64,000 nt of DNA, taken from NCBI GenBank assembly GCA_040954595.2, contig CM082591.2:10247309-10311308 (forward strand), given 5' to 3'. This document shows positions 12,601-23,301 of this stretch, piece after piece (position 1 is the stretch's first letter; each line of letters starts with the position of its first letter). Source of the DNA: Balanoglossus misakiensis. Taxonomy: Eukaryota > Animalia > Hemichordata. Position numbers and translations under genes: made by a program. The notes beneath the pieces were generated by a model. It was not told where the DNA came from. It was given only the letters and a program-made list of their open reading frames with translations, and did not search any database.

Positions 12601-13106
12601 TTGGTAAATATAAACAATTATAATAATGGACACATCCAAAAGTCCAGTATTATTTCTGTGGGTGTTAAGCACATTATTGTGTAAGTGTTGACTGCTGATT
12701 GAAATTTCCCCATTGAAGTCTGGGTGACTTGGAATTTTGGGAAATATTGCAGGATCTAAAGCAGAATTGGAACCTGAGAAAATTTTGTCTACTTTGGTAA
12801 GAGAAAGTTGATACTGAAACACAAATTGCGGTATTGTAGTTTGTATAATTTTGCGGAGTCATTGTATTTTTTGAATGCCACTTTCTGTAATATGTGATTA
12901 GCATGTTCAGATGATTGTTAGGGTGATTCAAGACGTCAGATTAAACAAGGCAGGCTTAGTTATATATCCATTTTAAGTTGGGAAAGTGTGGGTTTGTTAA
13001 ACATTTTGAAGAATTCAAGATTACTAATGATGTATAAGTACATACCTCTTGTTTTTCTCCGTGATGAAGTCTTGTGGGACGAGTGTGCAGAACCTTTGCT
13101 TGCCAT
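3635..13106 (-). CDS. Helentron-borne multi-exon gene, ~565 aa: S/T/P-rich repeat N-terminus + RPA-like OB-fold ssDNA-binding domains with Cys4 Zn ribbon. Exons 13106-13046, 10774-10706, 9418-9320, 9109-9023, 8321-8283, 7094-6996, 6785-6699, 5934-5878, 4734-3635
   Basis: All junctions are canonical (y)ag|...|gt(a/g)(a/t)gt and phase 1, and the joined frame is open from aaaacaATGG to the stop. The last exon has the OB-fold pattern VNITAHII...IISDNTAAIRLSAWG..F..VTVRSYLGQKYLST and C-x4-C...CTKC. The domain call is from motif recognition, and additional exons are possible. Confidence 0.72.
4821..5146. mobile_element. Degenerate copy of the TTAA/Kolobok-like MITE (another partial copy at 3459-3575)
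   Basis: Starts ttaaagggacaaagtc and ends gagactttgttgctgtaa; internal similarity to 7733-8079. Confidence 0.65.
7733..8079. mobile_element. MITE, 347 bp, long TIRs, TTAA TSD (Kolobok-like)
   Basis: TTAA-agggacaaagtctctct...agagagactatgtccct-TTAA; second copy at 31378-31724 in the opposite orientation. Confidence 0.88.
8469..10090. repeat. Two diverged intronic copies of a ~520-bp sequence (8469-9000, 9547-10090), probably an old TTAA-type element
   Basis: Shared blocks ggtagg..taatactgatccacat, aataggtgtca.caatgcaaat and gaatgatatattaagatgcatgatgcatggt. Confidence 0.65.
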
Positions 13107-13557
13107 TGTTTTTGCAAATTGTGATTTGGAAACAGAGATTTTCAATGTTAGAAGGTGGACGTTGCGGGAAATGCGTTCTTGTATAATAAAGTTGCTGCGT
13201 CATTACCGGGATCATGTGATTTTCTTACTCCTTGGGTTGGTCAAGTTTAAACAGGGTGTGAGGTGGGCAGCGAGACATAGTATATGATTAAGTGTATGAA
13301 GATAGAGGGTCTGCTATATTGTGGCTGCCTGCTCAGTAATGGGGGCCTAAGTGGAAACAGCGCATAGCAACATTTGAGCTCAACATGAAAGCAACGTTTT
13401 GGGCGAAGTTCTGTAATATGTTGATATTATACTTATTAGCTGTGATACACACAGTGGCTATTGAAATTTGTGCGGGAAGAGGCTGTTTGCACTTGACGGA
13501 TCCGAAAACGAATGTGATTACGGAAATACGTCTGCAGTCGGGGTCAGCTGATTACTG
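13107..13557. promoter_or_regulatory. Putative bidirectional promoter between the RPA-like gene (-) and RepHel (+)
   Basis: The minus-strand ATG at 13106 and the first plus-strand donor ctg|gtgagt at 13557/13558 lie ~450 bp apart in a locally CpG-richer segment. Confidence 0.5.
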
Positions 13558-15285
13558 GTGAGTGTAATTCGCTAACATGTCGAAGTTTTGAAAGTGGTAG
13601 TAATGGCCTTATCGGTGATTTTAACGAGTGGAAACCTGGGTGGTGACGATTGTGTTGTTGTAGTTTATCTAGCGGTAGTGTGATTTCGACGATATGAGAG
13701 CCGATGTCAGTTTAATTTGAGTTATATTTTCACACGTACAGAGGCAAGTCCAATACAATATGGCGGAGACCAAGTGTTTTGGAGAGTAGCTTACGCAATA
13801 GACTTACGCAATAATTTATGCTGACATGTCTGAGTTGTAAAAGTGGTATTAATGTTAATCAATTTATCGGTGATTTGGATGACTGGAAAGGTGGATGGTG
13901 GCGGTTGTGTAGTTGTAGTTGATCCGGCGGTAGTGAGATTAATTTTGATGATATGAGAGCCGATGTCAGTTTAATTTGAGTTATATTTAACACGTACAGA
14001 GGCACGTCCAATACAATATGGCGGCGACCAAGTGTTTTGGAGAGTAGCGCGTACGCAATAATTTATGCTGACATGTGTGAGTTTTAAAAGTGGTGTAAAT
14101 GTTAATCACTTTATCGGTGATTTGGATGTTGTGGTTTATCTTAGGAAAACAATGAATAAGTTGTAATATTTTTGTGTATTCTGTTAACAGATTACGCTGA
14201 ACAGATATATCTCAGTCTCAAGGTGAGTGTTTGATATTGTTTTTGACCATGACCTGAAGGGATTAAGGATATGGTTTTGAGCTGTGTTCAGGAATATTGG
14301 TGATATTAAAAGTTGTTTGACACTTTAAAAATGTTGGAAATACTGGTGAAATGATGTGCCATAATTGGTGTTTATTTGAATGTGTCTTTTTCTGTAAATG
14401 GGGGGGGGGGGGGGGGGCATTCCTGTGTTCATCATTGTTTTTTTTTTTTTGTACATATTAATCAGTGTGACAAAGATTTGGATTTGAATGTGTAGACATG
14501 GTTGATTAAAGTAATGCAAGTGTGATTTTGTTTGTTGTGAAATGATATTAATCTGTTGATGGTTGGCTATGAAAGTGATATGCATCATTGTTTTTTTCCC
14601 TGAGAGTTCTGTTGATTAATAATCGTATTTGTAGCTATGTAAATACTATTAACATACAGGGAAATTTGAAGGGCAGTTTCAATTAAATCTGGAAAGCTTT
14701 TTTGTGCAAGTTTCCCACAGTGTACACTTTGTGGGTATTTTGTGTATGTCTTCTTGAATCATACAAATTTTCTTAATTACGTTATCTGGTTTCTTTTGCA
14801 GTTTTTGGTCACACAACATATTTGATGGTAAGTGTTATAGATATAGCAGAAGATTTGAAGTGCATTGTAGTTTGTAGAGGTGAACTCAACATAGCTGGTC
14901 GAGAGCTTGTGTACTGTATGTATGGTGTACCAGGATTATTGATTCTATCCTGGGACATGGTTGGAATGAAAAATGTTGTGAGACAGTTGTAATGATAATG
15001 CCTAAGGTATGGTGTAGTTTGATGTCCATGAACAAAATAGACGTTTGGTGAGCAAAGCTGCTGTACAACATGTATATTTCATTTGTGTGGCAGGATTATT
15101 GATTGTAGCATGGGAGATGGTTTTATTATTTGTCAGGGTTGTATTAATGCGATTGAATGCTGAAACAAACACAAGGACAAGTAATACAAACACTGAAATG
15201 GGGAAATGATTGAAACGTGTGGAGTATTTCATCAACAATGAGATGGTAACTTCTGTGATGGTAATCATGTTGAAATATTTTTCAG
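13558..15285 (+). other. Spliced 5' leader of RepHel: exon ending 13557, mini-exons 14191-14222 and 14802-14827, acceptor immediately before ATG 15286
   Basis: aacag|attac...tcaag|gtgagt; ttttgcag|ttttt...gatg|gtaagt; atatttttcag|ATGCCT. Confidence 0.6.
13575..14128. repeat. ~248-bp tandem repeat (~2.3 copies) in RepHel intron 1
   Basis: acatgt..gagtt..aaaagtggt recurs at ~13575, ~13824 and ~14071; gatatgagagccgatgtcagtttaatttgag occurs twice. Confidence 0.85.
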
Positions 15286-18200
15286 ATGCCTCGTAAGAAG
15301 AACTGGAGGAACAGTGATGCGCAGAAGAAGCGGTTGGGTTTGGGTCGTGTCCCACCAACCAGTGATATTGTCACTCAGGGCCAATGTGTCCTGTTTGATC
15401 AAAACAATGCTAATGAAATGGAAAATGAATGTGGAAATTATGTCCTTCGGGATGCTAATAACTTGGAAAATGAATGTGATGGTGTCCTTCGGGATCTTGA
15501 TAACTTGCAAAATGAATCTGATGGTGTCCTTCGGGATCTTGATAACTTGCAAAATGAATCTGATGGTGTCCTTCGGGATCTAAATGACTGGCAAAATAAA
15601 TCTGATAATGCTCTTATTCAGGGTCATGGTGAACATGTTGGAGATTTTGAGGACGTAAGTAACACTATGGCACGTGATGTTGCACATGATGAAGGTGATC
15701 AAAGAGGAATTATTGTTGAGCATGAAGTTGAGGAGACTTATGTGATGGGAGAAGTTGATAATGTGAACATACCAAGAGTTACAGAAACAGAGTGTGTTGG
15801 AAATGATTCACAAGATGTTGGTACCGAAACCAGTGAATATTTATTTTGTCCAATTACGTCTGTGATACAGCATGAGTTATGTGACAAACTTCACTTACAT
15901 AATGAAAATAATGAGTCTGTAAATGTAATTGAGGGTGTCGAAGCTGGTGAACCCTGTAAAATAAAGTCAATTGTTGGTGATGGTAACTGTTTGTTTCGGG
16001 CGTTGTCATATGCTGTAAGTGGAAGTGAGAGAAATCACAGAGTGATGCGAAAAGCCATTGTTAATCACTTGAAAGTCAATGAGAATGCATATTTAGATTT
16101 CATAAAGGCAATGGGATATACATCAGTTGCAGACTACATTGGAAAGTCTAGAATGGATTGCCTTAACATTTGGGGTTCCGAAGTTGAAATCTTTGCAGGA
16201 GCGAACTTCTTGAATACTGACATATATGTCCATACCATTGGCAGATGGTGGAAACACCCTTGCACTCAATTTAATGAGAGGAATTGCAGTCGAGGTGATG
16301 GTATCTATATTTATCATCTAAATCAAAATCATTTTGATGTCGTTGAGTGTGTCAAAACACCTAACTTGGAAAGCTGTCACTGCACACATACTGATTGTGA
16401 TGTACAAGTGTCTAGTGTAAATGTGACTGACAACTGCAAATCTGTTACAAGTAGCGAGATATCTTCTTCACAAAGGAAGTGTCCAAATAAGACAGGAATT
16501 GTGAATGACAATTTGAATGCACTGGGGATTGGAACTGGAGTTAAGAGAAAAAGGCCGATGAGTACACGGCTGAGAAAGAAACTGAGAAGAGTGAAATATC
16601 AACAGAAACAAAGTATGGAAACTGCACCTGGTGCAAATGTTAAAACAAAGAGCAGTAGGGCTGATAGACAGCGTGCGTTGTATCATAGTAATTGTGAAAT
16701 CAGAGAGCAACTGAAATTGAAAAGTAAAAGAAAGTACCATGATGATATAACATACAAAGAGGTTAAGAAACAGAAATCGTCAGAGAAGTACCAGCAGGAC
16801 ATTTTGTTTCGTGAAGCCACAAAGGTGAAATTGTCAGAGAAGTACCGGCATGACACATTGTTTCGTGAAGCCACGAAGTTTAAGTTGGCTGAGAAGTACC
16901 GTCATGACACATTGTTTCGTGAAGCCACGAAGGTGAAATTGTCAGAGAAGTACCGACATGACACATTGTATCGTGAAGCAAAGAAGGGGAAATTTACAGA
17001 GAAATATGAGCATGACGATTTGTTTCGTGAAACAAAGAAGGTGAAATTGTCACAGAAGTACAGGCATGATGCATTGTTTCGTGAAACAAAGAAGGTGAAA
17101 TTGTCACAGAAGTACTGGCATGATGCATTGTTTCGTGAAACAAAGAAGGTGAAATTGTCACAGAAGTACCTACATGACACATTGTACCGTGAAGCAAAGA
17201 AAGGGAAATTTACAGAGAAATATGAGCATGACGATTTGTTTCGAAAATCTGAGAAAACAAGATTTTCACACAAATATCGGCACGATGAGGGATTTCGTGA
17301 CCAGAAAAAATGGGAATTTTGTGAACAATATAGAAAAATCCCCCTAGTCAGAGAAAATCAGCAGAGGCAATGTTCACAAAGGTACAAAGAAAACCCTGAC
17401 TATAGAGAGAGTGTATTGGAGAGAACGAGAAGACAAAGAGAACAGAAGAAAATGCAAAAGGGGAATTTAGATTATGTTGTTGCTGCTTTCCGAAATCAGG
17501 TATCAAATGGTCCTGACTGTGTGTGTTCTGTTTGCCACAGGCGACTTTTCAGAAAGCAAGTAATTCTTTGCAGAAGGGATAAGTATGCAAGTAAGACAGC
17601 ATCATGTGATATTGCTGAGAATTGCATTACAGAAGATTATGTACATAGATGTAGTTTACTATGTCCTGTTGAGTGCCCACTTGAGAATAGTGCAGCTAGT
17701 AAGATGTGGATTTGTTACACTTGTGACACTAAAATGTTGCGTGGGAAGATGCCAGTTCAAGCTGTTGCAAACAATCTGCATGTAAACCCAATTCCTTATG
17801 AATTGGAATGCCTGAATTCTCTAGAACAACATCTGATTGCATTACATATTCCATTTATGAAAATGCTTGCATTGCCAAAAGGTGGGCAGAATGGTGTTCA
17901 TGGACCTGTTGTATGTGTCCCATCAAATATTGAGAAAGCTACAAGTATTTTGCCACGAGGTGAATTGGATGATCAGATGATAAAGGTAAAACTGAAGCGG
18001 AAATTAACTTACAAGGGTTCTTATCAGTATCAGTTTGTAACTAAAAGCCACATTCAGAATGCATTGGATTACTTACAGAGAAATAACACGTGGTATAATG
18101 ATGTGAAATTCAATGTTGATTGGGAAAATAGTCTTGAGAAAACAAAAGATGAACCCTCGGAAATCAAAGATATTGATGCAGATGATGTGCCATCAGATGC

Positions 18201-21200
18201 AGATGATGGAAATGAGTCTGACAAAGAAACTAACGGAATATTCATGGATACATGCTTTCAGCCAGTCAATATAGCTCAAGATATTCTTGATTATCACTTT
18301 GATGCTATAATCTCTGTTGCTCCTGCAGAGGGTAATGTACCTGTTAGTGTTTTGATGGAGAAATTCAATGAAGCAAAGTGCTTTCCAGTGTTATTTCCAA
18401 CTGGGTCACCAACATTTCATGATGACAGAGAAATTAAAATTACTATAGGTCGATACTTGCAGAGTCGTTTGATGAATGCAAGCAATAGGTTTGCACAAAA
18501 TACAGACTACATATTCTATTCACAGTATTTGTCAGAAATTGAGCAGGTTGTATCTAATGTGTCTATTGCATTGAGAAAAGGAACTGCACATGCTTGTGGT
18601 AGAAAAGTAACATCTGATGTTTTGACTGACAGAGAATCTTTGCAAGAGATTTTGAAGTGTGATGAAGGTTACAAGTTTTTGAAACCTATCAGAGGGACAC
18701 CCCCTTACTGGCAAGCTACACAGAAAGATTTGTTTGCGATGATCAGACAGCTAGGTATACCAACATGGTTCTGTTCATTTTCTTCTGCTGATTTGCGATG
18801 GAAAGAACTGATTGAGACATTGCTTCGTGGTGAAGGTGATACACGTAATGCAGAAGATCTTGATTGGTCAGAGAAATGTGGTATTTTGAAGCGTAACCCA
18901 GTAACAGCTGCAAGAATGTTTGATCATCGGTTTCAATGTTTTGTGAAAGATGTCATTATGTCACCAGCCAATCCTATTGGCAAAATCAAAGATTACTTTT
19001 ATCGAGTAGAATTCCAACAACGTGGGTCACCCCACACTCACTGCTTATTTTGGGTTGAAAATGCACCCAGAGTAGACAAAGAGTCTGATGATGAAGTGGT
19101 TGATTTTGTTGACAGATATGTTACATGTGAAATGCCATCATCTGACAATGATGAAGAATTACATGACATTGTGAAGTCAGTTCAGAAACACAGCACACGT
19201 CATTCAAAATCTTGCAAGAAGAAAAATACTAAATGTAGATTTAATTTTCCACGGCCACCATCACAACAAACATTTGTATGCCGCCCTGTTGACAGTGTAG
19301 TGAATAGAGTACCAGAAAATCTAGAAACCACAGAGAGTCGCGAAGCATTTGGAATTGCCGTTTCACAGATGATTGTTTCACCAGTGGAGCAAAAGATGGC
19401 TACAAATCTTCTAGAGAAAGTGTGGGTGGCAATGAATGATAAGGAGAAAGAGTATGATACCATAGATGACTTATTTGCTGAAGTTGATATATCTCAGGAA
19501 GCCTATGAGAGAGCACATTCTATTGTTTCCAAAAAGACAAGTATAGTTATGAAACGTCAGCCTAGTGATGTGTGGGTAAACCAATACAATGCTTGTCTTC
19601 TGCGTTGCTGGAATGCAAATATGGATATCCAGTTTGTTGTTGATGCTTATGCATGTGTTGTTTATATTGTATCATACATTTCCAAGGCAGAAAGAGAGAT
19701 GGGTTTACTTCTGGAGCACGCACAGAGAGAAGCTAACAAGGAAGGAAATATGGATGCTAAATCTGCATTGCAACAGTTGGGAAGTGTATATTTGCACAAC
19801 AGAGAAGTAAGTGCCCAGGAAGCTGTATATAGAGTGTGTGGATTGAAATTGAAGCAATCATCTCGAAAAGTTCAGTTTATTCCAACTGGAGAGAATCCTA
19901 TCAAAATGAGTTTACCATTTGCTGCAATAAAAAACAAAATGAAGGGAAATGAGGTCGATGAAGAAAGCATCTGGATGCATAGTATTGTTGACAGATACAA
20001 GAACAGACCAAATGGGATAGATTTTGATAACATGTGTCTTGCTACATTTTGCTCAGAATACAGAATAGTGTCAAAATCAGAAGTTATGAATGTCAATGAT
20101 GAGAAACGACAGAGTCCTCTAGTAAAGTTACAAAATAATGCTGGCTATATGCAAAAGAGATCACGAACTGAACCAGCTGTCATCAGATATGCAAGATTCT
20201 CAGTGACGAAATATCCAGAGAAGTATTACCGCAGTATGTTAGAACTCTTTCTTCCACACCGGGTTGATTCACAACTGAAACCTAGTGGTTTTGAATCCTA
20301 TGAGGATTTCTATCGTGTTGGTGCAGTGAAATGTGGATCTGAATCTGTAGAAAAAGTGAAGGACATAGTGGAAAGAAACAAAGCACTGTATGAAAAAGAG
20401 GCTGATGCTGTTGATATGGCTGAAGAATTCCTTGGTGGGAATAATGAACCACTGGAAGATGCATGGGCACAAATCTGCCCAGAAAATGAATTAGACAGAT
20501 TGGAATGTATTGAGGAAGGCAAAGAATGCAATGACGATGATCATGGAGATGAAACAGATGATATTCCAGAGTTGGTGGCAAAAGCGCAAGGTGATTGCAG
20601 TGTAGAGATTGCTACTTCGACATCAAGAGCAGAGATTGCAGCAATGTGTAGATCATTGAACAAAGAACAAGCTGAAGTGTTCTATAGTGTCAGACAGTGG
20701 TGTTTGGATAAAAGCAATGGGAAAAATCCAGAGCCTTTTTATTTATTTGTGAGTGGTGGTGCTGGCACTGGGAAAAGCCATTTGATCAAGACGTTGTATC
20801 ATGAAGCCAAACGAATTCTAGCTCGTGTATTGCCAAACCCAGATGAAATCTCTGTAATGCTCACAGCTCCAACGGGTGTAGCTGCATTTAATATACAAGG
20901 AGAAACACTGCATCATGCATTTTCAATAGCAGTAGACTCAAAGCTGCCGTATCAGCCACTGCATGAGGAAAAGATAAACAGTCTGCGTTCAAAACTTGGA
21001 AATGTGGAAATTTTAATAATAGATGAAATTTCTATGGTGGATAAAAAGTTATTGCACTACGTTCACGGAAGATTAAGACAACTCAAACAACGCTCAAGTC
21101 AGGCACCATTTGGAAATGTCAGCGTAATTGCTGTTGGTGATTTTTACCAACTTCCACCTGTGAAAGGAAGTCCACTATGCATAGACAATGATGTCATTAG

Positions 21201-22734
21201 TTTATGGAGTGATATTTTCAGGATGGTCGAGCTAACTGAAATAATGCGACAGAAGGATAGTGGATTTGCAGAAGCATTAAATCGCCTAAGACTTCACAAG
21301 AAGGGAGAGGCACTGAAAGCAAATGATTTGGAAATGTTTCAGAAATGTGTCACTGGTGAATCGTCTGAGGCAATTCACATTTTTGGTACAAATGCAGAAG
21401 TAAATAAATGCAATGTTACAATGCTTCATTCTGTATGTTCTGATCCTGTGTGTATTGAAGCAGAAGATTTCATCAAAAATGCCACAACAGGAAAATTAGA
21501 AAGAAAGGAAGGTCACCATACAAAAGTCTACAGAACTATGTTGCCTAAAAGTGTAAGTCTAGCCATTGGTGCACGAGTTCAATTGACACAAAATATAGAT
21601 GTTTCTGATGGGCTGGTGAATGGTGTATTTGGAACAGTATGCCATATTGAAGTGAAGGAAACTGGGACTTTCCCAATGGCTGTTTATGTGGTGTTTGATA
21701 ATGTAAGTGTTGGACAGAAGTTGCGCAGAAAAACACCTAATGTAGTTCAGTTACCAGAAAGGAGCACACGTATTGAACCTCAGGAATTGTCTGTTGCAAT
21801 TAATGGTGGTATTAGGAGACAGTTTCCCCTGAAACTAGCATGGGCATGTACAGTGCACAAGGTACAAGGATTGACAGTTGATAAAGCTGTTGTTAGTCTA
21901 AAGAAGATGTTTGCACCGGGACAGGCATATGTTGCATTGAGTCGAGTGACATCATTGGAAGGTCTTGTCATTGATGAATTTGAAACATCATCTATTTACT
22001 GCAATCCAAAGATACAGGTTGCTTTGGCAGAAATGCCGAAATTTCTTGATACATGTAAAACAAAGTTGGAAACAAGTCATGCTTGCACTTTCATAATGCA
22101 TAATATTGAGGGTGTTCAAAACCACATTGAAGATCTTCGTATTGGTGCTGAATATTTGGAGTCAGACTTCATTTGTTTGACAGAAACATGGCTATCAGAG
22201 ACAACATTAGAATCTGATATAGAAGTCAGTGGTTTTGTATTTAGTCACAAACCTCGAAGTTTATCTTATAATCAATTTTGTAAGAACACTGCAACTTTGC
22301 AATCACAACATAGAGGTGGTGTTGGAGTGTACTGCACTATATCCAAAACTGTTGACATTTTGCATCTACCTGTTTGTAACCTAGAATATATGGCATTTTA
22401 TGTCCAAGACATCAATGTGACAGTAGCAGTAGTTTACAGACCACCATCATACAAAGCAGAGACATTCAGGAAGAACTTGCTTCTTTTAGTAAGTGAAATG
22501 GATAAACACCATGGTGGGACAGTGATCATGGGTGATTTCAATGAAAACATTCTCACATCATTATCTCTTGTGGATTTAATGGAATGCTGTGGTTTCAAGC
22601 AGTGTGTTAATACAGCAACCACAGAAGCGGGTACATTGATTGACCATGTGTATGTGAAAGGCATTGAAAATGTCACAGTTGAGATTGTACCCAAATACTT
22701 TAGTTTTCATGAAGCCATACGCATTCAGATTTGA
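15286..22734 (+). CDS. Helentron RepHel transposase, 2482 aa: OTU cysteine protease - Zn finger - HUH Rep - PIF1 (SF1B) helicase - EEP/AP-like endonuclease
   Basis: OTU: GDGNCLFRALS...WG..E...NHF. Zn finger: CVCSVCHR...WICYTC. Rep: PTWFCSFS, EFQQRGSPHTH (Ser typical of Helentrons), YIVSYISK. Helicase: GGAGTGKS, IIDEISMV, GDFYQLPPV, QFPLKLAWACTVHKVQG, GQAYVALSRV. EEP: LTETWL, YRPP, MGDFN, IDHVY. The ORF is uninterrupted. Confidence 0.97.
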   Translation: MPRKKNWRNSDAQKKRLGLGRVPPTSDIVTQGQCVLFDQNNANEMENECGNYVLRDANNLENECDGVLRDLDNLQNESDGVLRDLDNLQNESDGVLRDLNDWQNKSDNALIQGHGEHVGDFEDVSNTMARDVAHDEGDQRGIIVEHEVEETYVMGEVDNVNIPRVTETECVGNDSQDVGTETSEYLFCPITSVIQHELCDKLHLHNENNESVNVIEGVEAGEPCKIKSIVGDGNCLFRALSYAVSGSERNHRVMRKAIVNHLKVNENAYLDFIKAMGYTSVADYIGKSRMDCLNIWGSEVEIFAGANFLNTDIYVHTIGRWWKHPCTQFNERNCSRGDGIYIYHLNQNHFDVVECVKTPNLESCHCTHTDCDVQVSSVNVTDNCKSVTSSEISSSQRKCPNKTGIVNDNLNALGIGTGVKRKRPMSTRLRKKLRRVKYQQKQSMETAPGANVKTKSSRADRQRALYHSNCEIREQLKLKSKRKYHDDITYKEVKKQKSSEKYQQDILFREATKVKLSEKYRHDTLFREATKFKLAEKYRHDTLFREATKVKLSEKYRHDTLYREAKKGKFTEKYEHDDLFRETKKVKLSQKYRHDALFRETKKVKLSQKYWHDALFRETKKVKLSQKYLHDTLYREAKKGKFTEKYEHDDLFRKSEKTRFSHKYRHDEGFRDQKKWEFCEQYRKIPLVRENQQRQCSQRYKENPDYRESVLERTRRQREQKKMQKGNLDYVVAAFRNQVSNGPDCVCSVCHRRLFRKQVILCRRDKYASKTASCDIAENCITEDYVHRCSLLCPVECPLENSAASKMWICYTCDTKMLRGKMPVQAVANNLHVNPIPYELECLNSLEQHLIALHIPFMKMLALPKGGQNGVHGPVVCVPSNIEKATSILPRGELDDQMIKVKLKRKLTYKGSYQYQFVTKSHIQNALDYLQRNNTWYNDVKFNVDWENSLEKTKDEPSEIKDIDADDVPSDADDGNESDKETNGIFMDTCFQPVNIAQDILDYHFDAIISVAPAEGNVPVSVLMEKFNEAKCFPVLFPTGSPTFHDDREIKITIGRYLQSRLMNASNRFAQNTDYIFYSQYLSEIEQVVSNVSIALRKGTAHACGRKVTSDVLTDRESLQEILKCDEGYKFLKPIRGTPPYWQATQKDLFAMIRQLGIPTWFCSFSSADLRWKELIETLLRGEGDTRNAEDLDWSEKCGILKRNPVTAARMFDHRFQCFVKDVIMSPANPIGKIKDYFYRVEFQQRGSPHTHCLFWVENAPRVDKESDDEVVDFVDRYVTCEMPSSDNDEELHDIVKSVQKHSTRHSKSCKKKNTKCRFNFPRPPSQQTFVCRPVDSVVNRVPENLETTESREAFGIAVSQMIVSPVEQKMATNLLEKVWVAMNDKEKEYDTIDDLFAEVDISQEAYERAHSIVSKKTSIVMKRQPSDVWVNQYNACLLRCWNANMDIQFVVDAYACVVYIVSYISKAEREMGLLLEHAQREANKEGNMDAKSALQQLGSVYLHNREVSAQEAVYRVCGLKLKQSSRKVQFIPTGENPIKMSLPFAAIKNKMKGNEVDEESIWMHSIVDRYKNRPNGIDFDNMCLATFCSEYRIVSKSEVMNVNDEKRQSPLVKLQNNAGYMQKRSRTEPAVIRYARFSVTKYPEKYYRSMLELFLPHRVDSQLKPSGFESYEDFYRVGAVKCGSESVEKVKDIVERNKALYEKEADAVDMAEEFLGGNNEPLEDAWAQICPENELDRLECIEEGKECNDDDHGDETDDIPELVAKAQGDCSVEIATSTSRAEIAAMCRSLNKEQAEVFYSVRQWCLDKSNGKNPEPFYLFVSGGAGTGKSHLIKTLYHEAKRILARVLPNPDEISVMLTAPTGVAAFNIQGETLHHAFSIAVDSKLPYQPLHEEKINSLRSKLGNVEILIIDEISMVDKKLLHYVHGRLRQLKQRSSQAPFGNVSVIAVGDFYQLPPVKGSPLCIDNDVISLWSDIFRMVELTEIMRQKDSGFAEALNRLRLHKKGEALKANDLEMFQKCVTGESSEAIHIFGTNAEVNKCNVTMLHSVCSDPVCIEAEDFIKNATTGKLERKEGHHTKVYRTMLPKSVSLAIGARVQLTQNIDVSDGLVNGVFGTVCHIEVKETGTFPMAVYVVFDNVSVGQKLRRKTPNVVQLPERSTRIEPQELSVAINGGIRRQFPLKLAWACTVHKVQGLTVDKAVVSLKKMFAPGQAYVALSRVTSLEGLVIDEFETSSIYCNPKIQVALAEMPKFLDTCKTKLETSHACTFIMHNIEGVQNHIEDLRIGAEYLESDFICLTETWLSETTLESDIEVSGFVFSHKPRSLSYNQFCKNTATLQSQHRGGVGVYCTISKTVDILHLPVCNLEYMAFYVQDINVTVAVVYRPPSYKAETFRKNLLLLVSEMDKHHGGTVIMGDFNENILTSLSLVDLMECCGFKQCVNTATTEAGTLIDHVYVKGIENVTVEIVPKYFSFHEAIRIQI
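15410..15605 (+). repeat. Coding 42-bp (14-aa) repeat DGVLRDLDNLQNES in the RepHel N-terminus
   Basis: gtccttcgggat recurs every 42 bp, 4 times. Confidence 0.9.
16730..17410 (+). repeat. Coding 60-bp (20-aa) repeat KYxHDxLFRExxKxKLSx in RepHel, ~10 units
   Basis: Visible in the translation and the DNA (tttcgtgaa...gtgaaattgtca...aagtac). Confidence 0.9.
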
Positions 22735-23301
22735 ATATTGACAGTAACACTGAGGCAAACATGTGATATATGGCAAAATAATTTCAAAGACATATCCCGT
22801 CCTGATTATGGAAATTTTGTGGCGATCCATACTGACGGGGCCACATGTTTTTGTGTTTTAATTCTTTATCTGATTAATACCAGCTGTAAAGTTATGCTAT
22901 GTCTTAACCATTGTCACGTCTGTGTTGTTGTTTACTCTTGTTCCAATGTCAGGAGTAAACAAGAATAAGGAAGACCTGACAAATGTAAAGACACTAAGCC
23001 TTTACAGGTGATATTAATCAGAGTCAACATAGGGGGGGGGGCAAGGGTGTGCAGGTCTGGTGGGATAAGGGGACAAAATGTATGTATATATATGTATGGG
23101 TATAATGTATATATTTGAACTTTTTATCAGGAAAAAATAATTTTTTACTTGAATGCTAATATCTGAGAGTTTCTGTGCATTACTGCTTTTGTTAGTTATG
23201 GCAATGTGAAATGTGCTTTTAAATGATATTTAGTAATGAGGAAATATTTGTCTTCCAAAGCTATTGGAAATTGCATATTTAATGCCATGTTGTGATTAGT
23301 C

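Noticed and set aside
12674-12813. Extra exon of the accessory gene (acceptor gtgtttcag at ~12814)
   Set aside because: The phase-1 frame stops at 12674-12676 and no clear donor was found. It could be an alternative terminal exon but is unsupported.
16123-22830. Short antisense ORFs within RepHel
   Set aside because: Shadow frames of the long ORF with no motifs.
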